Assembly: GCA_963836235.1 (NCBI GenBank)
Contig: CAWIIP010000001.1
Location: 352,001 to 416,000 of the forward strand
Direction of reading: 5' to 3'
DNA length: 64,000 nt
DNA from: an uncultured Pseudomonadota bacterium
Lineage (GTDB): Bacteria; Oederibacteriota; Muellerivitia; Muellerivitales; Muellerivitaceae
Shown here piece by piece: positions 31,795-47,229 of the stretch (the first letter of the stretch is position 1; each line of letters begins with the position of its first letter). The notes under the pieces were generated by a model. That model searched no databases. It saw nothing but the letters and a program-made list of their open reading frames with translations, and was not told the origin of the DNA. Position numbers and translations under genes: made by a program.

Positions 31795-33481
31795 GATTTA
31801 ACCTCGGGTCCGGGCCTTCTTTTGCCTCCGTTTTGTTTTCCGGCTGGATCAAAGGTTCGGGTTTCGGCTTTATCTCCGTCTTGGCTTCCGGCTTGGACCC
31901 CGACCGGGGCTTGACTGGGGTTTCCGTATTGACTGCCGTCTTTGGCTCGGATTTGGCTTGGAAGGGGGCAAGCGAATCGCGGGCGGTTTGGATAATCATT
32001 TCACGGTCCTTGCCGCTCAATTTTTCGGAGGACTCCAATCTCCCTCGAACCTCCCCCGGCAGTTTCGCCGAGGCTTCAAGCAGGGATCTCTCGGCGTCCT
32101 TCATTCGGTCCAATGGGATTAGGTCGAAGAGTTTCTCCCCCAACGCCAACAGGACGGCAATCTGCGCGGGAACCGACACCGGGGCCCCTTCCGGCTGTTT
32201 CAGGCAGGATCGTATCCGTCGTCCATGCTCAATGGCTTTGTGGGTGTTTTCATCCAGGCTTGCGCCGAACCTGGAAAAAGTCTCAAGTTCCTCGAATTGC
32301 GCATAGGCAAGCTTGAGGTCTCCCGCCACCACCCGGTAGGCCTCGCGTTGCGCCTTTCCCCCAACCCTTGAAACGGATTTCCCCACATCGACCGCGGGCA
32401 GTACTCCCAATTCAAACAGCGAGGGCGAGAGGTAAATCTGCCCATCCGTTATGGAAATCAGGTTCGTGGGAATATAGGCGGAAATATCCTGGGCCTGGGT
32501 CTCGATGATGGGGAGCGCGGTAAGGGAACCTCCCCCGAGTTCCTTTCCCAAATGCGTCGTCCGTTCGAGCATCCGCGAATGGATATAAAAGATGTCGCCC
32601 GGAAAGGCTTCCCGGCCTGGCGGACGGTTCAGCAGGAGGGAGAGTTCGCGGTAGGCGCGCGCGTGATGGGTAAGGTCATCGTAAACGATCAAAACATCCC
32701 GGCCCGATTCCATGAAGGACTCCGCGATGCTGGTGGCGGCGTAGGGGGCGAGGTAAGTGAGGCCTGGAGGATCGTTACCCTCCGTCACGACGACCACGGT
32801 GTAATCCATCGCGCCTTTTTCCCGCAAGGTCGCCACCGCCTTCGCGACGGCGGATGCCCGCTGGCCGATGAAACAATAAACGCACAATACATTCTGGTCC
32901 CGCTGGTTGAGGATGGTATCGATGGCGATGGCTGTCTTCCCCGTCCGCCGGTCGCCGAGGATCAACTCCCTTTGGCCCCGCCCGATGGGGATAAGCGCGT
33001 CGATGACCTTGAGGCCAGTCTGGAGCGGGACCGTGACTGGTGCCCGGTCCATGATGGGCGCGGCGGGGCGTTCGACGGGCAGGCGCCCGCTGGAGGCCAC
33101 CGGTCCGTTTTCATCAAGGGGGCGTCCCAGCGGATCAATGACCCTGCCCAGCAATCCCTCGCCCACGGCCACATCCATGACCCGGCCCGTCCGCCGGACT
33201 TCATCCCCCGCCCGCAAATGCCAGTATTCCCCGAGCAGGACTACGCCGATTTCGTTCTCGTCGACGTTAAAGGCGATTCCGAGCACGTCGCCCGGAAACT
33301 CGATCAATTCCTCAAATCCCACTCCCGGAAGACCCGAAACCTTGGCAATACCGGTTCCGACACTCATGATCGTTCCAACCTCTCGTGGCATCAGTTGAGG
33401 CTTGGTCGCTTCCAGCGTTTGGCCTATTCCGGCAAACGCGCTTTCAAAAACACTTTCAAGGTTTTCGGTTTCCATGTTCAT
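31787..33481 (-). CDS. atpA: N-ATPase alpha subunit
   Basis: [27 protein letters not shown]; K/P/E-rich C-terminal tail. Confidence 0.96.
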   Translation of the reverse strand: MNMETENLESVFESAFAGIGQTLEATKPQLMPREVGTIMSVGTGIAKVSGLPGVGFEELIEFPGDVLGIAFNVDENEIGVVLLGEYWHLRAGDEVRRTGRVMDVAVGEGLLGRVIDPLGRPLDENGPVASSGRLPVERPAAPIMDRAPVTVPLQTGLKVIDALIPIGRGQRELILGDRRTGKTAIAIDTILNQRDQNVLCVYCFIGQRASAVAKAVATLREKGAMDYTVVVVTEGNDPPGLTYLAPYAATSIAESFMESGRDVLIVYDDLTHHARAYRELSLLLNRPPGREAFPGDIFYIHSRMLERTTHLGKELGGGSLTALPIIETQAQDISAYIPTNLISITDGQIYLSPSLFELGVLPAVDVGKSVSRVGGKAQREAYRVVAGDLKLAYAQFEELETFSRFGASLDENTHKAIEHGRRIRSCLKQPEGAPVSVPAQIAVLLALGEKLFDLIPLDRMKDAERSLLEASAKLPGEVRGRLESSEKLSGKDREMIIQTARDSLAPFQAKSEPKTAVNTETPVKPRSGSKPEAKTEIKPKPEPLIQPENKTEAKEGPDPRLNRE

Positions 33482-34623
33482 GCGCTCTTTGTTCCCGGAC
33501 TGACTTTTTCCGGCTTGGGTTCCACTTTGACTTCCGGCCCAGGCTCGGCTTTAACTTCTGTTTTTGGTCCATTTTTTATTTCAGGTTTAGGGGTTACTTC
33601 GGCTTTAGGCTTAAGCGCTACCTCTTCTTCAGGTTTGATCTCGGCTTTGGCCTCGGGCTTTGGCGGTGCTTTGAGCTCAACTTTAGGTTCGACTTTAGCT
33701 TCCGGCTTAGGTTCGGCTTTGATACCCGTCTTCCGAACCTCCCTCTCCGCCTGACTCCAGTCCTGGATCGCCGAATCGTTTTTGCGACCATGCATCTCGT
33801 ACAGTTCGTAAGCGCGCTTGGCGATCCGTGGCGTCAAATCGGACGATGCCTTGCTCGCGGTTTTATCCTTCTCTTTCAGGATCTCCTCAACACCCTTTTC
33901 CATCGACACCAGGTAATCCTCGATGCTCCATGCAAGCTTTTGTCCATTTGTAGTGAGTTCAATACCGTTGATCAATTCCGGGGCGGCTTCGAAACGAACG
34001 CGAATCTCGGATGAAAAAGTCTCGTTCAGCGCCTTTTGGATGGAAGCTCGCTGCTCCATGGGTAAGTCAAAAGCGCTTCGAACCAGCGCGGGTTCAGGAG
34101 CCGTCCGAAGGGCCCCGGCAAGGTCGGCTTTCGCCTGGCCTTCCATCTTCCGCAAACGGTTGATAAACAGGTCAGCCATTCGCTCCTCCAAACCCGTACC
34201 AGCGAGATCAGATAGCGTCTTTCGCGCGATGGAGAATACTTCCTTGCCCGTCCGACGCCGGATGGCCTGGTGCAGGTTATGTTCTTCCGCCTTCAGGGCT
34301 TCCAGCCGTTTATAACTCAAATCCTCGGCGGCCCTTCGCGCCTCCACGAGAAGCCGTTGGCGTTCAGCCTGGGCCTCGACCGTTACCTGGTTCAATAGCA
34401 TGGCTCGTTGCCGATCAAATTCCTCATTTTTGCGCTTGAAATCGTCGCCCTCCTTTTGGGCTTCGGACTTCTTCTTGTCCGCCTCCGCGAGTTCGGCGGC
34501 GATCCTCTTTTCCCGCTCATTGATGGCGTTGAGGATGGGCTTATATAAAAAGCGCTTCATCAGCCACACCAAAATGAGGAAGTTGAGCGCCTGGGCGATG
34601 ACAGTGAACCAATCGATGAGCAT
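33478..34623 (-). CDS. atpF: N-ATPase b/delta subunit with DUF2934-like insert and KPE tail
   Basis: [29 protein letters not shown], coiled coil, delta-like domain, [10 protein letters not shown]...DWSQAERE. Confidence 0.92.
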   Translation of the reverse strand: MLIDWFTVIAQALNFLILVWLMKRFLYKPILNAINEREKRIAAELAEADKKKSEAQKEGDDFKRKNEEFDRQRAMLLNQVTVEAQAERQRLLVEARRAAEDLSYKRLEALKAEEHNLHQAIRRRTGKEVFSIARKTLSDLAGTGLEERMADLFINRLRKMEGQAKADLAGALRTAPEPALVRSAFDLPMEQRASIQKALNETFSSEIRVRFEAAPELINGIELTTNGQKLAWSIEDYLVSMEKGVEEILKEKDKTASKASSDLTPRIAKRAYELYEMHGRKNDSAIQDWSQAEREVRKTGIKAEPKPEAKVEPKVELKAPPKPEAKAEIKPEEEVALKPKAEVTPKPEIKNGPKTEVKAEPGPEVKVEPKPEKVSPGTKSA

Positions 34624-34627
34624 GGGT

Positions 34628-34909
34628 TTACTTTCCCGCCACTTGGGCAATGGCGTGGTTCCAGAAGGGGTTGGCGAAGATGAGAATCATCGAGACCACG
34701 AAACAATAGATGGCAGTGGACTCGATCATCGCCAGTCCCACGAACAAAGTCCGGGTGATGGTGGCGGAGGCATCCGGCTGTTGGGCCAGTGAAGTCAAGG
34801 CCGTCGCGACCGCCCTCCCTTCCGCCAGGGCGGGCCCCATCGTCCCGAAACCGGTGGTTATCCCCGCGATGACAATCGATGCCACCGCGATAATCGTTAA
34901 GCTGTCCAT
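34628..34909 (-). CDS. atpE: N-ATPase c subunit (Na+-binding motif)
   Basis: PALAEG, AQQP loop, ESTAIY. Confidence 0.96.
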   Translation of the reverse strand: MDSLTIIAVASIVIAGITTGFGTMGPALAEGRAVATALTSLAQQPDASATITRTLFVGLAMIESTAIYCFVVSMILIFANPFWNHAIAQVAGK

Positions 34910-34941
34910 GCGTCCTCCTTTTATTTACTATGTTTTTTTCT

Positions 34942-35739
34942 TCAATGATTCAAAACGGGCAAATGATCGGCCACGACCTCCTTTTCGGTTTCGGTCCCAG
35001 GTTTCGGGTCGGCTTTTATCCCGGCCTTCGCCCCACCCTTGCCTTCCGGTTTTGAATCCGTTTCAGGCTTGGGCTTTCGAACCCTTGTCGCCGCCGCGAT
35101 ATAAACCCCTGCCAGGATGCTGAAGATATAGGCCTGAACCATTCCGGTGAGAAGGCCGAGGACCATCATGATGATCGGGAAAACAAACGGCGTGATCGTG
35201 AGCAGGATGGCTATAATCATCGCCCCGCTCATCATGTTGCCGAACAAACGGACAGCCAGGGCCAAGGTGCGCGAAAGTTCGCTGATGATGTTGAAAGGCA
35301 GCATGATGAAGGTGGGCTTCATGTAGGACTTGAGGTAGTTTCCCAACCCTTGATCCTCGATTCCGAAGAAAGGCACGGCCACGAACACGCACAAGGCGAG
35401 CGCGGCTGTGGTCGAAAGCGATCCGGTGGGGGGCTCGTAGCCGGGGATGACCGTGCAAAGGCTGGCTGCGGCGACAAAAAGAAAAAGGGTGCCAAGGAAG
35501 CCAATATATTTCTCGGGCCGGCTCAAACCCACCTCTTGGATTTGCTTTTCGATGGCGGTAACGACAATTTCAAGCAGGTTTTGCCACCGGGAACGGTCCG
35601 GCCCCGTCGAAAGCTTATGGGTGAGGATCTTGGAACCCACCGTCAGGATAAACATGAGCCCCCAAGTGAAAACAATGGTTCCGTTGAGTTTGAGAAAACC
35701 ATGATGCCAAAAGATCATCTCATCTGGAGTAAGGCGCAT
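34942..35739 (-). CDS. atpB: N-ATPase a subunit
   Basis: SRTLALAVRLFGNM, QAYIF. Confidence 0.95.
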   Translation of the reverse strand: MRLTPDEMIFWHHGFLKLNGTIVFTWGLMFILTVGSKILTHKLSTGPDRSRWQNLLEIVVTAIEKQIQEVGLSRPEKYIGFLGTLFLFVAAASLCTVIPGYEPPTGSLSTTAALALCVFVAVPFFGIEDQGLGNYLKSYMKPTFIMLPFNIISELSRTLALAVRLFGNMMSGAMIIAILLTITPFVFPIIMMVLGLLTGMVQAYIFSILAGVYIAAATRVRKPKPETDSKPEGKGGAKAGIKADPKPGTETEKEVVADHLPVLNH

Positions 35740-36040
35740 GGCCGACCCCCTGTGCCAGGATTTTCGGTTTTTCCACCCCACCCGTAAGCCGCGTCACGAT
35801 ATAGCGGCCAATTAAAAACCCCAGCAGGCATACCAGGAGCCTCTCCCAATGTCCGTGAGCGATGAAATAGAAGCCACCCAAGGTGATCCCCATCCTTAAC
35901 AACAGGCTGCCGAGGAACCAAAGGGCGGGCCGTTTGATCGAAACCCCTTTCTGAACCGTCCACCAGAGGCCGCCAAAAAATATTCCGCCTATCAAGACGC
36001 CACCCGCCAAAGCCATCCCCATTTTTAAAAAATCAGTCAT
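35720..36040 (-). CDS. atpR: N-ATPase subunit AtpR
   Basis: FFGGLWWTV...SLLLR; position in the atpDCQRBEFAG order. Confidence 0.85.
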   Translation of the reverse strand: MTDFLKMGMALAGGVLIGGIFFGGLWWTVQKGVSIKRPALWFLGSLLLRMGITLGGFYFIAHGHWERLLVCLLGFLIGRYIVTRLTGGVEKPKILAQGVGHAPYSR

Positions 36041-36354
36041 TTTGGTCCTCCCCCATTTCCTTGTCCTGTTGGGCCACCCAATGCCAGGCGTTCATGCATC
36101 CAATCGCGAGTCCCGCCGCCATGAGGGCCAACGTCCAGGAATGCCCGCCCGGATGCCGTTTGTCCAACCATAGGCCAAGTGCCGCGCCAAGGAGGGTCGG
36201 CACCACCACCGACCAGCCGATTAGCCCCATCATTCCCAAACCAAACCAGACGCCCTTGACCGGATTCCGTTGGGCCCTGATCTTGCGTACCGCCTTCTCG
36301 CCGACCTCCCGGCTGAACCCTGTCGTATCTTTCCCCTGTTCGGTTTCGGGTTTT

Positions 36355-36362
<8 letters not shown>
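36033..36362 (-). CDS. atpQ: N-ATPase subunit AtpQ (AtpZ/AtpI family)
   Basis: GLGMMGLIGWSVVVPTLLGAALGLWLD. Confidence 0.85.
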
Positions 36363-39409
<3,047 letters not shown>

Positions 39410-39413
<4 letters not shown>

Positions 39414-41779
39414 TGAGTGACGCTCCACTTCCATTTGCGGATTTCGGGCATGTCTTGGCCTTGTTTATCGATGTAAAGCTTGTGCTCGACGAGTTTGTCC
39501 TTGACCATCTGCTTGATGTAAGCCCCTCTCGTTCCCAGCTTTGGTAGGCGGTCCACAACGTCTTGTACTAGGTGGAACCTGTCCAATTTGTTCAACACCC
39601 TCATGTCAAAAGCCGTGGTGATTGCGCCCTCCTCCACATAGCCCCGGACGTGGATATTCCGGTTGGTCCTGCGGTAGGTCAACCGGTGGATCAGCCAGGG
39701 GTATCCATGGAAGGCGAAGACGACGGGTTTATCCTTGGTGAAAAGCGAATCGAAATTCGTATCATTCAGCCCATGTGGGTGCTCGGTTTGCGGCTGTAAT
39801 CTCATCAGATCGACCACATTGATCATCCGGATTTTCAATTCGGGCAAATGTTGGCGAAGGATGGAAACGGCGGCAAGGGTTTCCAAGGTAGGTGTGTCCC
39901 CACAGCAAGCTAGGACCACATCGGGCTCGGCACCTTGGTCGTTGCTAGCCCATTGCCATATGCCGATACCTTCCGTGCAGTGCTTTTCCGCGGCGTCCAT
40001 GTCCAGCCATTGGGGAAGAGCGTGTTTCCCCGCGACCACCACGTTCACATAGTGACGGCTCCGCAGGCAGTGGTCAAAAACCGAAAGGAGGCAGTTGGCG
40101 TCGGGCGGAAGGTAAACGCGAACGATATCGGCCTTCTTGTTCACCACATGGTCGAGGAAGCCGGGGTCCTGGTGGGTGAAACCATTGTGATCCTGTTGCC
40201 AGACGTGGGAGGCCAGAAGGTAGTTCAACGACGCGATCTTCCTCCGCCAGGGCAATTCAGCGGTGATCTTCAACCACTTGGCGTGCTGGTTGAACATCGA
40301 ATCGATAATATGTATGAATGCCTCGTAACAATTGAAAAGTCCGTGCCGCCCCGTGAGCAGATAACCCTCCAGCCAGCCCTCCGACTGGTGCTCACTCAGC
40401 ATCGAGTCCAGCACCCGCCCGGTGGGCGAGAGAAATTCATCGTTCTTTTCGGTTCGGGCATCCCACTGACGGTTGGTTTCCTCAAAGACCGCGCCCAGAA
40501 GGTTCGAGAGGGTTTCATCTGGACCAAAGATACGGAAATTGTTTTGATCCATATTTATCTTGGCCACATCCCGTAGAAACTTTCCAAGCACCATCGTATC
40601 CTGGCCGTTAACGGCTCCAGGTGACGGCACCTTCACGGCATAGACACGGAAATCCGGCATCCGCAGGTCTCGAAGCAGTAACCCCCCATTAGCGTGGGGA
40701 TTAGCGCCCATCCGCCGGTCGCCCTTGGGTGCCAACTCGGCCAATTCCGGCATGATACAGCCATTTTTGTCGAAAAGTTCTTCCGGTTTATAGCTCTTCA
40801 TCCAGCTTTCCAATTGATGGAGGTGATCGGGATGCTCCGAATCCACCAGGAGCGGAACCTGGTGTGCCCGGAACGTGCCCTCCACTTGGAGGCCGTCGAC
40901 GGTTTTTGGTCCCGTCCAACCCTTTGGCGACCTGAGGACGATCATCGGCCAGCGAGGCCGGGTGGTGTCATTTTTGTCCCGCGCGTATTTTTGGATTTGC
41001 CGTATTTCCTCGACGGCCTGTTCCAGGGTAGCCGCCATGAGTTGATGCATCTTTTCCGGGTCATCTCCCTCCACAAAATAAGGTTTCCATCCGCACCCCT
41101 CTAAGAATTTTTCCAATTCCTCAGGTTCGATTCGGGCCAGGACGGTGGGGTTGGATATCTTGTAGCCGTTGAGATGAAGAATCGGCAATACCGCACCATC
41201 GGAAACGGGATTAAGGAATTTGTTGGAATGCCAGGCCGTGGCCAAAGGCCCCGTTTCAGCCTCGCCGTCGCCGATAACACAAGCCACTATGAGGCCAGGA
41301 TTATCGAAGGCGGCCCCGAATGCATGGCTGAGGGAGTACCCCAACTCGCCCCCCTCATGGATCGACCCAGGTGTCGTGGGGGCGACATGGCTGGAAATCC
41401 CGCCAGGAAAGGAAAATTGCGTGAAAAGTTTTTTTAAGCCCTCTTCATTTCGGCTGATGTTGGAGTAAACCTCGCTATAGGTGCCTTCCAGGTAAGTATT
41501 GGCAACCAGGGCCGGCCCGCCGTGGCCGGGACCGGCGATATAAAACATATCCAAGTCATACTTTTTGATGATCCGGTTCAGGTGAACGTATATGAAGTTC
41601 TGGCCGGGGGTCGTGCCCCAATGCCCGACCACCAAAGGCTTAACGTGGGACAGCTTCAAGGGCTCCTTCAGCAACGGATTGTCATAAAGGTATATCTGGC
41701 CGACCGACAGATAGTTCGCGGCGCGCCAATAGGCATCCATTTTGCGGAGCAGTTCAGGTGAAAGTGTTTCGGTCCCCAT
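39410..41779 (-). CDS. xfp: Xylulose-5-phosphate/fructose-6-phosphate phosphoketolase
   Basis: [38 protein letters not shown]. Confidence 0.96.
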
Positions 41780-41795
41780 TTTAAATCCCCCTTTT

Positions 41796-42995
41796 TCAGC
41801 CGATGTCGAGAAGGCGGCAAACCATCTTGGCGATCATGAATTCCTCGTCCGTGCAAATGATGCGGACGCTAACCCGGCTTTTGTCTCGGGATATCACCCC
41901 CTCGTTCGCCGTGTTCCGTTTTTCTTCGAGTTCAATCCCCAGAAATTCCAGTCCATCGCAAATCCGGGCCCGGACCGTGGGCGCGTTTTCGCCGATACCG
42001 GCCGAGAATACCAGCGTGTCCAGGCCGCCTAACGCCGCCGCGAAAGCGCCGATCCATTTCTTGACCTGGTAGCAAAATAACGTTATGGCCTCCGCCGCCC
42101 GCTGGTCCATCTTTTCGCTTTTCAACAAATCGCCCATATCCGAACTGGTTTCTGAAACCCCAATGAGTCCGGATTTGAAATTAACCATTTCATTGAATCC
42201 TTTTGCGTCGAGTCCCTCTTCACGCGCCAGGTAACCAAACAATCCGGGATCAATATCCCCGGAACGTGTGCCCATCGGCACACCGGCTGCGGGTGTAAAA
42301 CTCATACTGGTGTCCAGGGACTTTCCTTGCCGGACCGCCGCCAGGCTCGCGCCATTGCCAAGGTGGGCGAGGATGATCTTGCCTTGTGCCGCCTTCACCC
42401 CGGCCAAGCGGGCCAACTCCTCCATGAGGTACGAATAGGATAACCCGTGAAATCCATACCGGAGCACCCCCTTTGCCTCGTACCGGCGCGGAATCGGCAA
42501 CATCCGAGCTACTCGCGGCAAATTTTTATGGAAAGCCGTGTCGAAACAGGCCACTTGGGGCAAGTCGGGAAACCGGCGATGAAAAGCATCAATCAACATG
42601 ATCTCTTCCGGCAAGTGTTCAGGATCGAAAGTCGTGAGTTGCCGTAATTCCTCGATCATTTCTTTTGTGATTATTTTCGGGTCGCTATAATTCGGTCCTC
42701 CATGAACCACCCGGTGTCCTACTGCCGCCAAGGCGTCACGACCGCCGCGTTCTCCTATCCAATCCATTAGTACGCCCACCGCCGATTTGTGATCGGGCGT
42801 CTTAACTGGTCGAGTAAAATTGTCCAAAGGGGCCGGTCCCTTGACCCGCAAGGTGGCATCCGGCAATCCAATCCGGTCAATCCTGCCCGCCAGAATCCGC
42901 CTTAAAGGGTCGCCAATCTCAAATAAGTCGAACTTGATACTTGATGAGCCGCCATTGATGGTCAAAATGCGGGGTTCAGACGGATTCATCGCCAA
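41796..42995 (-). CDS. ackA: Acetate kinase
   Basis: [38 protein letters not shown]. Confidence 0.95.
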   Translation of the reverse strand: MAMNPSEPRILTINGGSSSIKFDLFEIGDPLRRILAGRIDRIGLPDATLRVKGPAPLDNFTRPVKTPDHKSAVGVLMDWIGERGGRDALAAVGHRVVHGGPNYSDPKIITKEMIEELRQLTTFDPEHLPEEIMLIDAFHRRFPDLPQVACFDTAFHKNLPRVARMLPIPRRYEAKGVLRYGFHGLSYSYLMEELARLAGVKAAQGKIILAHLGNGASLAAVRQGKSLDTSMSFTPAAGVPMGTRSGDIDPGLFGYLAREEGLDAKGFNEMVNFKSGLIGVSETSSDMGDLLKSEKMDQRAAEAITLFCYQVKKWIGAFAAALGGLDTLVFSAGIGENAPTVRARICDGLEFLGIELEEKRNTANEGVISRDKSRVSVRIICTDEEFMIAKMVCRLLDIG

Positions 42996-43623
42996 CTCCT
43001 TCCTGATTCCTCAACCCGAACGAGGCCAACTTCTTCTGCGTGGACTTTATGTCCCTGTGAAGAATGCTTCGAATCCCCAGACCTTCAGCGACTCGGACAA
43101 ACATCGGGGTGTTTTCGATATAGACAACCTGCCGGGCCGGGGCACGGGCTATATCCAGGGCGAACCGGAATATATCCGCGTCGGGTTTGCGGACATGCAC
43201 AAAGCAGGAGGTGATGAATGAATCAACGAAGGTATCGAGCCTGAATTTTCGTATCCGATAGGCGTTTAATTCCCGCGCTTCGTTGCTGACTACGGCGATC
43301 CTTAACTTGTAACGTTTCTTGAGCCCAGGGATCAATTCGATCATTTCGGGGTGGGGTTTTGACTGGGCGAACATGAAGTTCCGAAACTCAAGGCGGGTAA
43401 AGTGCCGTTTTCGGTAAAAAACAACCCGGCTTAGATATTCCTTAAATGAGAGCTTTCCCTCCTCATAGGCATCAAAGGTCAAATGATGGCGGTCCTCCAT
43501 CTCGTCTAAATCTATCTTGAATTTCACCGCCGCCCGTTTACGGGCGTGATGATCCCATCCGTCGGTGAGCAAGACTCCGCCGACATCCAGGAACAGTGTC
43601 GTAATCTCCGTTGGGCGTTTCAT
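42976..43623 (-). CDS. HAD-family phosphatase
   Basis: FLDVGGVL, SN, RKPDADIF. Confidence 0.88.
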   Translation of the reverse strand: MKRPTEITTLFLDVGGVLLTDGWDHHARKRAAVKFKIDLDEMEDRHHLTFDAYEEGKLSFKEYLSRVVFYRKRHFTRLEFRNFMFAQSKPHPEMIELIPGLKKRYKLRIAVVSNEARELNAYRIRKFRLDTFVDSFITSCFVHVRKPDADIFRFALDIARAPARQVVYIENTPMFVRVAEGLGIRSILHRDIKSTQKKLASFGLRNQEGVGDESV

Positions 43624-43764
43624 AAGGGTCCCAGGGCTTCCGTTGTTTTACCGGGAGCGTTTAGTTTTGAAGGTTCATTCGTCATTTTCATCCCCATTTT
43701 AAATTCCCCTTCCATGCACTCGGAGACACCGGAGACGTAATCGCCCAACTCGCGCACGGGTTTT

Positions 43765-46335
43765 TCATTTTCGTTGCCATAGGATTTGGGCTCCTTCCAG
43801 GGGAACGGCAACGCCAGCCATATGGGGTATCACCCGCGCCGTATAGTCCCCAGGGGAACGGGCCACAGAAACCGCAGCGCCATAAACAAAACCACCTGAT
43901 ATTCCTACAAGTTGACGAAGTTGTTTCATCTCCTGCCGGATGGAAGGCCCGCCCTTGACCCCATCAGCGTAAAGTTCCACTCGGATCGCATTGGAATCGA
44001 GGTCGTTGAGATAGATCTGAACTTCAAATTGATGCTGGTCGCCACAGGGCTCAATCTTTACTTCGCCGAAGCGAATCGCGGCCCACTTCCGATCTAGATT
44101 TTGCCGCCAATCGGCCATTTCCTTGCCCATCGCGCCTTTGTTCGTCGAGCGCGAATGGTAGGCTTCCGCTCTCTGAAGATAATGTTTCTCGGTGTATTCC
44201 CGGACCGCCCGGTCGGAGGAAAAGAGAGGGGTCAGGCGCGCCATGCTCTCCCGCATCCGTTTAACCCAGGCTTTTGGAATACCGTTTCCATCCCGCGCGT
44301 AATATTCAGGGATCACTTCCCTTTCAAGCAGTCCATAAAGTGAATCGGCTTCAACCGCGTCCCATGCTGGATCGTCGCCGTGTTCCCGCCCATCCCCCAA
44401 AGCCCATCCAACCTCCGGCGCGTAAGCTTCTGACCACCAACCGTCCAATTCCGATAGATTGATCCCCCCATTGACGAGTACCTTCATTCCGCTCGTTCCG
44501 CAAGCTTCCCAAGGCCGCCGTGGCGTGTTAATCCAGACATCAACCCCTTGCACAAGGTATTCACTCAGGAGCATGTTGTAGTCACTCAGGAAAATCACGT
44601 GGGGGCGGACCTCGGGCCGCTTGATGAAACGGGACCATTCTTTAATCAGGTCTTGTCCTGCCTGGTCAGCCGGGTGGGCCTTACCGGCGAGGATGAGTTG
44701 CACCGGCCTTTGTGGATTAGTTAAAAGGCGAATCAGCCGGTCCGGATCGTGCAGCAGCATATTAGGCCTTTTGTAGGTCGCGAAGCGGCGCGCAAAACCC
44801 AAAGTCAACACATTTGGATTAAACGTGTGTTTTGCCCATTCAACCTCATCCGGCGGCGCGCCTGATGAAGCGAGTTGAAGAGGAAAGCGTTTCCGGACGT
44901 ATTCAACCAGAGCCTTGCTGGCGTCGATACGGAATTGCCAGAGGGCAGCGTCGGAAACCCCGCGAATATCCTTCTCCATGTTTTCAGTCGGATTCAGCCA
45001 CCGGTCTTTTCCGCAGGCTTTGGTCCAAAGGTCATCGGACGGGGCTGAATCCCAGGTCGGCATATGGACCCCGTTGGTGACATGGCTAATGGGTACTTCT
45101 GCCGTCGGCCAGTGTGAAAAGAGAGGCTCGAAGAGATGCCGACTCACCCGCCCATGTAAGCGGCTTACGCCATTGACAGCACCGCTGCCCCGGATGGCCA
45201 AATAAGCCATGTTGAAACTCTCGGATTGGTCATCGGGGTTTTGGCGGCCGAGCGCCAACAAGTCGCGGAGCGGTATACCAAGCTTCCGTGCGTATCCACT
45301 GAGGTACTGTTCGACGAGAGCCGGACTAAAACGGTCAAAACCGGCGACAACCGCCGTGTGAGTGGTAAACAGGTTGCCTGCCCTGGTAACGGCCAGGGCC
45401 ACGTCAAAAGGCTGTCCTGATTCCTCCATAAATTCCCGTGCGCGTTCCAACACGGCGAAAGCGGCGTGGCCTTCGTTGAGGTGACAGACCTCCGGCTTGA
45501 GGCCCAGCGCGCGGAGCAACCTCCACCCGCCTAACCCAATCACCATCTCTTGTTTCAAGCGTAACTCTGGGCCGCCGCCATAAAGCTCGCTGGTGATCCC
45601 CCGATGGGCTGGGAAATTGGCTACATCGTTGCTATCCAATAAGTAAAGCTTGACCCGGCCCACCTTAACCTGCCAGGCGCGCAACCAGACCGAGTAACCG
45701 GGCAAGGGGATTTCCAACCGCAACCATTCTCCATTCGGATGGCGCAAGGGTGTAATAGGCAACTGGCCGGGGTCGTTGTAAGGAAAGATAGCCTGTTGGG
45801 CCCCATCCTTGTCGATTACCTGGCGAAAATAGCCCTGCTGATACAGAAGTCCGACCCCGACCACGGGAACTCCCAGATCGCTGGCCGCTTTAAGCTGGTC
45901 GCCGGCCACATTTCCAAGTCCCCCCGAATAGATCGGGAGGGCTTCACTCAACATGAATTCCATACTGAAATACGCCACACAACTAAGGGGTGATTGGGGA
46001 TGGTGTTGCTGGTACCACGCTGGCGCTTCCTCCGCCTCCTTTTTGGACTGCACAAGTGCATCTATCTTCTTCCGAAAGACCGGATCAGAAAACATTCCCT
46101 TGATCTTTTCCCGGGAGACCGTCTGAAGGACATCACATGGGTGATGGGTTAGGTCCCACAAAACCGGATCTAGATTTCGCCAAATTTCGTCCGTGGCATG
46201 ATTCCAAGACCATCGCATATCCAAGGCAAGTTCCGCTAGTGAATCGAAGCCCTCGATTTCAGCGATGGGCAGATTGTAAATTGGATGTTTAATGGTTGTT
46301 TTGTCGGTCATAATTTCACTTTCAATTTTTTCCAA
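43765..46335 (-). CDS. glgP: Alpha-glucan phosphorylase
   Basis: YFSMEF, YSGGLG, HLNEGH, ARRFATYKR, EACGTSGMK (PLP Lys). Start may be 46311. Confidence 0.95.
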   Translation of the reverse strand: MEKIESEIMTDKTTIKHPIYNLPIAEIEGFDSLAELALDMRWSWNHATDEIWRNLDPVLWDLTHHPCDVLQTVSREKIKGMFSDPVFRKKIDALVQSKKEAEEAPAWYQQHHPQSPLSCVAYFSMEFMLSEALPIYSGGLGNVAGDQLKAASDLGVPVVGVGLLYQQGYFRQVIDKDGAQQAIFPYNDPGQLPITPLRHPNGEWLRLEIPLPGYSVWLRAWQVKVGRVKLYLLDSNDVANFPAHRGITSELYGGGPELRLKQEMVIGLGGWRLLRALGLKPEVCHLNEGHAAFAVLERAREFMEESGQPFDVALAVTRAGNLFTTHTAVVAGFDRFSPALVEQYLSGYARKLGIPLRDLLALGRQNPDDQSESFNMAYLAIRGSGAVNGVSRLHGRVSRHLFEPLFSHWPTAEVPISHVTNGVHMPTWDSAPSDDLWTKACGKDRWLNPTENMEKDIRGVSDAALWQFRIDASKALVEYVRKRFPLQLASSGAPPDEVEWAKHTFNPNVLTLGFARRFATYKRPNMLLHDPDRLIRLLTNPQRPVQLILAGKAHPADQAGQDLIKEWSRFIKRPEVRPHVIFLSDYNMLLSEYLVQGVDVWINTPRRPWEACGTSGMKVLVNGGINLSELDGWWSEAYAPEVGWALGDGREHGDDPAWDAVEADSLYGLLEREVIPEYYARDGNGIPKAWVKRMRESMARLTPLFSSDRAVREYTEKHYLQRAEAYHSRSTNKGAMGKEMADWRQNLDRKWAAIRFGEVKIEPCGDQHQFEVQIYLNDLDSNAIRVELYADGVKGGPSIRQEMKQLRQLVGISGGFVYGAAVSVARSPGDYTARVIPHMAGVAVPLEGAQILWQRK

Positions 46336-46964
46336 AACGGAATCCCTTGCTCACGAGGGGACGTTGCCGAAGCATCACCGACGATTTCCTGTGCTTCCTC
46401 GAGAATTCGGCCCAAATGGGATTGGCCCTAGATATTCTCCGTTTAGATCTCATAAATTTTTCTATCTTCAACAGACGGGCGGCGCATTTTTATAATACTT
46501 TTTCATCAAATCAAAGTTTTTGATATGACTCCGGTCAGTTTCATCGTGAATTTTTATCGCATTCCTGTATTTAAACTGGGGATTTAAAAGGCCGAGTTGG
46601 TTGAACCAAAGTGAAATTGAAAACTTGGTTCGGATTCCGTTAAGACATTCGCCGGGGCCGGGGATCGTTTTCGCTAGTCCATCGATCAGGATTATTCTAA
46701 TGTTTCCAACTCATAAAACCTCGAGTCGGAGGTTTAATTTGTAAACTTTTCTTCCAATTGACCACACCAAGTATTTGGATCTTCCATATCAAAATGATCT
46801 ATCGGATTCTCATTTTGATTCGTCCCTAAATTTACAAATCCCGAAATAAACAAATAAAAACGGGTTAAAAATAAATTTTTAAACGGCTTAGTTCTTGCCA
46901 TTAGTCAAAGTTAACCATAAATACCATTTCGGTTTGAGTTCAAATAGAGAGGAAGGAAATACCA

Positions 46965-47183
46965 ATGGTTAAGAATGAAATGATCAAAACAGAACCCACC
47001 CCAACAGCCGACGGGGTATTGAACAAAATCGAAGAGGCCGCTTATTACAGTTGGTTAAATCGCGGCCGTTACGCGCAGCCAGGCGATGAGTTGAACGATT
47101 GGATTGAAGCAGAAAAAGAAGTGTTGAACAAGGTACAAAAAAACCAGCCGCTTAAAGAAAAAATACCAAAAGTTAAAAAATAA
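46965..47183 (+). CDS. DUF2934-like small protein
   Basis: IEEAAYYSWLNRG...DWIEAEKE. Confidence 0.8.
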   Translation: MVKNEMIKTEPTPTADGVLNKIEEAAYYSWLNRGRYAQPGDELNDWIEAEKEVLNKVQKNQPLKEKIPKVKK

Positions 47184-47197
47184 ATTATCTGCTTTTA

Positions 47198-47229
47198 ATT
47201 GTCCATCACGGCTCCTCGTTGCGAAAAAT
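47198..47229 (+). repeat. 32-bp site, copy 10
   Basis: ATTGTCCATCACGGC-TC-CTCGTTGCGAAAAAT. Confidence 0.6.

Noticed and set aside
32552-33754. Long antisense ORFs (for example 32552-33754, 38520-39416, 58715-59851, 3275-4063)
   Set aside because: Shadow frames opposite well-supported GC-rich genes, with no motifs.
46885-46902. Sigma54 promoter upstream of glgP
   Set aside because: GG-N10-GC spacing is present but the TTGC element is missing (AAGC), so it is too weak to call.
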